Position numbers and translations under genes: made by a program | Shown: in pieces, positions 60,340 through 64,000 of the stretch | Layout: each line of letters opens with the position of its first letter | Position numbering within the stretch: the stretch's first letter is position 1 | Notes under the pieces: model-generated | Told to the model about the DNA's origin: nothing | Seen by the model: only the letters and a program-made list of their open reading frames with translations | Databases searched by the model: none | NCBI RefSeq assembly: GCF_009914755.1 | Contig: NC_060925.1 | Source: the human T2T-CHM13v2.0 reference genome, Homo sapiens | Length of the DNA stretch: 64,000 nt | Direction: 5' to 3' (one strand)

Positions 60340-61145
60340 AAAAAACCACCTAGATTCTCTTCATGGAGAGGTAGCTACTATTAACATTTTTATACACCTC
60401 CATTTCTACATCTATCCTGGTGTACATGGAATGCTTATGTGTTCCCCATAAGGAGCACCCTGCAATTTATATGCTGTAGATGCTGCTCTGTAACTGCTAT
60501 TCTTGCAGGGACATTTATTGAGAATTAGTTTCTTACCACAGCCAGGTAGATTTACTGTGTCACTTGGCAATCCATGCTTACCTTCTAAGGAAATGCTTGC
60601 TCTCTTCCCCTTAGTCAATAACTAAAACCTACTTCAGGGTCCCAACTTCTGAACTTAATTATATCAACGCCTTCAACTGTTCTTCATTTCTATTAAATGT
60701 CCTTTTCCTTTGTATTTGGATTATCTAACTACTGTGACCTTACTTGTTGATTAGTCTAGAAGCTCTACTAATAATTTAGGCTCTAGCTTATTAAAAGAAA
60801 CTAATTAAGAATTAGTTGAATATTAAAAAAGATGTATTTTTATTTTATTTGATGAATAGTATTCTGTTGATTAGATATGCCATATTGTGTTCATTGATTC
60901 CTCAGTGATATTTAGGATGTTCTCAAATTTTTACTATTATAAAATCTATTTTGTGAACATTGATACTAACATACAAAACGTGTGTATAGATATACAGAGA
61001 TATACCTTCATTTTGTTCAATCATCGTCTCAGGATATAATTCAAGAAAAGATATAGGTGATTTATATACATTTAAATATTGATACGTGTTACCACATTCT
61101 TTATCAAAAGCTTATGCCAATGTATGTTCCATGGCATTTTTATGA
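60340..61145 (-). mobile_element. Old L1ME 3' UTR fragments
   Basis: gaggtagctactattaacatttt; gatgaatagtattctgttg..gccatattg; ttttactattataaaa. Confidence 0.5.
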
Positions 61146-61962
61146 GAGTGGTGGTTCTTTTTAGAGTAGGACATTCACGTAAATTAGAAGGATATTAAAA
61201 TGGAAAGTTTTTCAGTCCTCTTAAGAACTGAATTATTTATTCGTCTTTCTTCTTTTTTTAAATAAAGGATTATTTTAAACATGGTTTTGATAGGTGGCTA
61301 TAACTGGGGTAGATTCAGTATATTTTAGACAGTGTCTTTTTTATAGTTTTTTTATTCTTTGGCACTCAATAGGGATTAACACAACTTTAAAATATAGAAT
61401 TGCTAAGTTTCTTTTCTTGAAGAAAAAATTATACTCTGATTTCCTGGTAAATACCTGAAGCTTATCCTTCTATTCCACATCATTTAGTTATACTCAGAGG
61501 CACTCTTTTACATAGATGTGATGGAATTGGATTTCTAAGTCAGCAGTAGGCAACTTTTGAGATAAATTTCTTTTCCTAGAGATGAAACCTGAAAAAAAAT
61601 GCCTATAATTATGAAGGTGTATACATACTATTGAGGAAAACACATATGTAGAGAGAGTAGAAATATGAGAAAGCAGCAGCCCCAAAGTGTCAAGTGTGAG
61701 TAACAAGAAAGAATTAAGGGAAAAAGTCCCTTTCAAACTAATACACAATGTTTACACGATAAAATAGTGAATTTACTTGAGGTCATAATGACGGAAGTGA
61801 ACATGTTTTCTTCGACAAAGATTATAAAGATTATCAGTTTCTCTAATGTATTCATTCCTGACCAAGCTGCTGAAGATACTTGACCATCTCCTATCATTAC
61901 AATCTCTGTGTTTTCTTTCTTCCTCTCACAATTTTGCAGAACAAAATAATATTTCCAAACCA

Positions 61963-62260
61963 CCAAATTGCTGGTTAGATGAGACAACACTGAGTTTATG
62001 ATAGGGAACCCAGATTATATTGTAACTTATAGTCCCATGGCTAAACATTGAGTTTCTACTAGGTCTCAGTAGAAAACCAGAAGCTATTTCTTAAAGGAGA
62101 AAAACCGTCTTACAGAAGATATATTTGCTTCAAAATCTTAATATATGAACTGTAATTCATCTATAGGGGCATGCAAAAGGTTTGACATAGTATCGGTATC
62201 TGCCATAGTCACTTAGTACATCAGAACTGCTGGATAATGTGTGAAATTAGGAGGTATTTT
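61963..62260 (-). repeat. Diverged copy of the ERVL pol segment at 58436-58734
   Basis: Both start ccaaattgctggtt and share tgagacaacact, cagattata, aggtctcagtag.aaaccagaagct, tctgccatagtcactta. Confidence 0.85.
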
Positions 62261-64000
62261 TAAAAGCCCCAGCCAGATGCCTGTCACTTAAAAGAGAATA
62301 TTCACTACTTTTAGTCTAAAGATCCTTGTTTTTATGGGAATACTCTATATTGGTTAAAAAAAAATGGGTCCCGCTTTGTGGTAGTTTTGACAGATTTTCA
62401 AAATTTTACCTCCTTGACCTCTTCTTGCTTATGCTCTATACCCTGAAAACTCAAATATCTTTCTTCATCCCCAAAAGACAATCTTGAGACCAGTGCTTGG
62501 GTGGTGAGATAATTTGTCACTTCTACAATCACTACCTCAGGAAATTATCTTTGTTTAGTTTGATTTTACATTTTCTGGAAGGGAATCACATCAGATGGCA
62601 TACATTTTGAAATACTCAAGGATAGAAAATTGGAGTATTTGGTTGAGGAAGCAGAGAAAAATAGTCAGGAGGCAAGGCAAATTTGTCTGGTACTGCATGG
62701 CTTCCTGTGTCTGCTTCTCCCTGCTCATCATTCTCTGTTCATTTTCTTTTTGGTAACTTGGCTTCCTCTTCTTTATTTACTGTCTCAGTTCTCCCTTCCT
62801 CGACTGTATTTGCATCTCCAGTTTTGAAGTTATGTGACCTTTCAGCTCCAGAGCTTGTAACAACACACTGAATACAGTCAGTATCTGGAACTCTACATCC
62901 ATTTTTCTCAGGAGAGGAATCTGACTGGGCTGACTTCCAAAGCAGAGACAGGTTGGTCTCTACTTTTCAAGCAGAGACAGGTTGGTCATCAGTCAGTGTA
63001 GCAGAAAGAGTTCTAGTTTGGGCATGGAAGATGAACCAGATGACCTCCAATTCCTTTCAGCTCTAGGATTCAAGCAATATATCTTTGTTTAAAACTCTCT
63101 CCCTAGAAAATATCTTCCAACATAAACATCTACGTCATTACTCTTACTTCAATCTCTGTCAGAAGATTTGCTACTGTCATCACTGAAAAATGATGTCGAA
63201 CATTCCAGCAATTTCAATTCCTCAAAATGCCGGATGTTATATTATTAATCATATATATATATAAATATACATGTATTTACATATGTGCAGCATGAGATAT
63301 GTATGTTCAATGGTGCTAGATAAATTCTTTCAGAGAATAAGCTTTTTAGTGGGAGCATTTCCATGATAAATTAGTTAAATCCTACATGTAATCCACAGCT
63401 ATACTCTAGGCAACCTAGCAGTCAGTCTTTGTGTGACTACTATCATGAATTTGAGCTAGGTGCTTAATACATCTGGGTAACATTTCTAAGGAAACCATTC
63501 CCTTGGTATCTTTGTATTCATGAAGCTTTGTTTTGTTTTGTGGCTGACTTTAGGATACTATGTATTTAAGATAGGATTAACATAAAATGTTATTATTTTA
63601 AAATCCCAAAGAGAACAAAACCTAAAATTACCTGCATTTTCAATTAACTCCCCTTTAAAACGTGTATCAGTGTAAAAGTTTAGGCAAAGATTGAATGAGA
63701 CTGCTTCTGTGTGTCAAACTTCTGTTCTTTCAGCCACAATCAGAACACATTGATTAGACTTGATCTGTTTTGTTTCAGAGAAAAGCAATTAGACTATTTT
63801 TACTTCACTCTGTCTCTAGGGGTAAAAGGATGATGTCAAGCAGCATGCTGTTTTCTCTGGGGGAAAAACTAGCACCTTCTGCTGAGTCTCCCTTTCTCTT
63901 TCTAATCCAACTTTGAAAACTGCCCTTGTGAAGCAATAAAATGAAATTTCAAGAAGATGTTATGCCTCTTTTTCCATTTTTTCCCATTTAGGGATAATTC

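Overview
Primate (human-like) AT-rich non-coding DNA made up mostly of interspersed repeats; I see no host protein-coding gene, tRNA, rRNA or CRISPR array. The long ORFs in the track come from Alu, MaLR, L1 or ERV sequence or are chance ORFs. The main feature is a complete two-LTR HERV-H provirus of the deleted type (45294-51283, minus strand). It has a 5-bp AGGGC target-site duplication, a tRNA-His PBS, a PPT, an intact TATA box and major splice donor, and dead gag/pro/pol relics. Also present are a full-length THE1C element, a near-complete MLT1 provirus, solo LTRs (LTR8A, LTR27/28-type, MER4-group, MST/MLT), 13 Alus, DNA-transposon fossils (MER2, MER5A, Tigger3, hAT), old L1/L2/MIR fragments and ERVL pol relics. 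Unusual structures include three short non-tandem local duplications (one keeps the empty site of an AluY), an abutting inverted Alu pair, a 68-bp duplication inside HERV-H RNase H, a perfect 3x39-bp repeat, a TSD-flanked tail-only insert and two homeodomain-motif-rich enhancer candidates. I cannot support a new protein-coding system; the best leads are regulatory or non-coding. Family names were assigned by eye from remembered consensus sequences and need RepeatMasker/Dfam confirmation.
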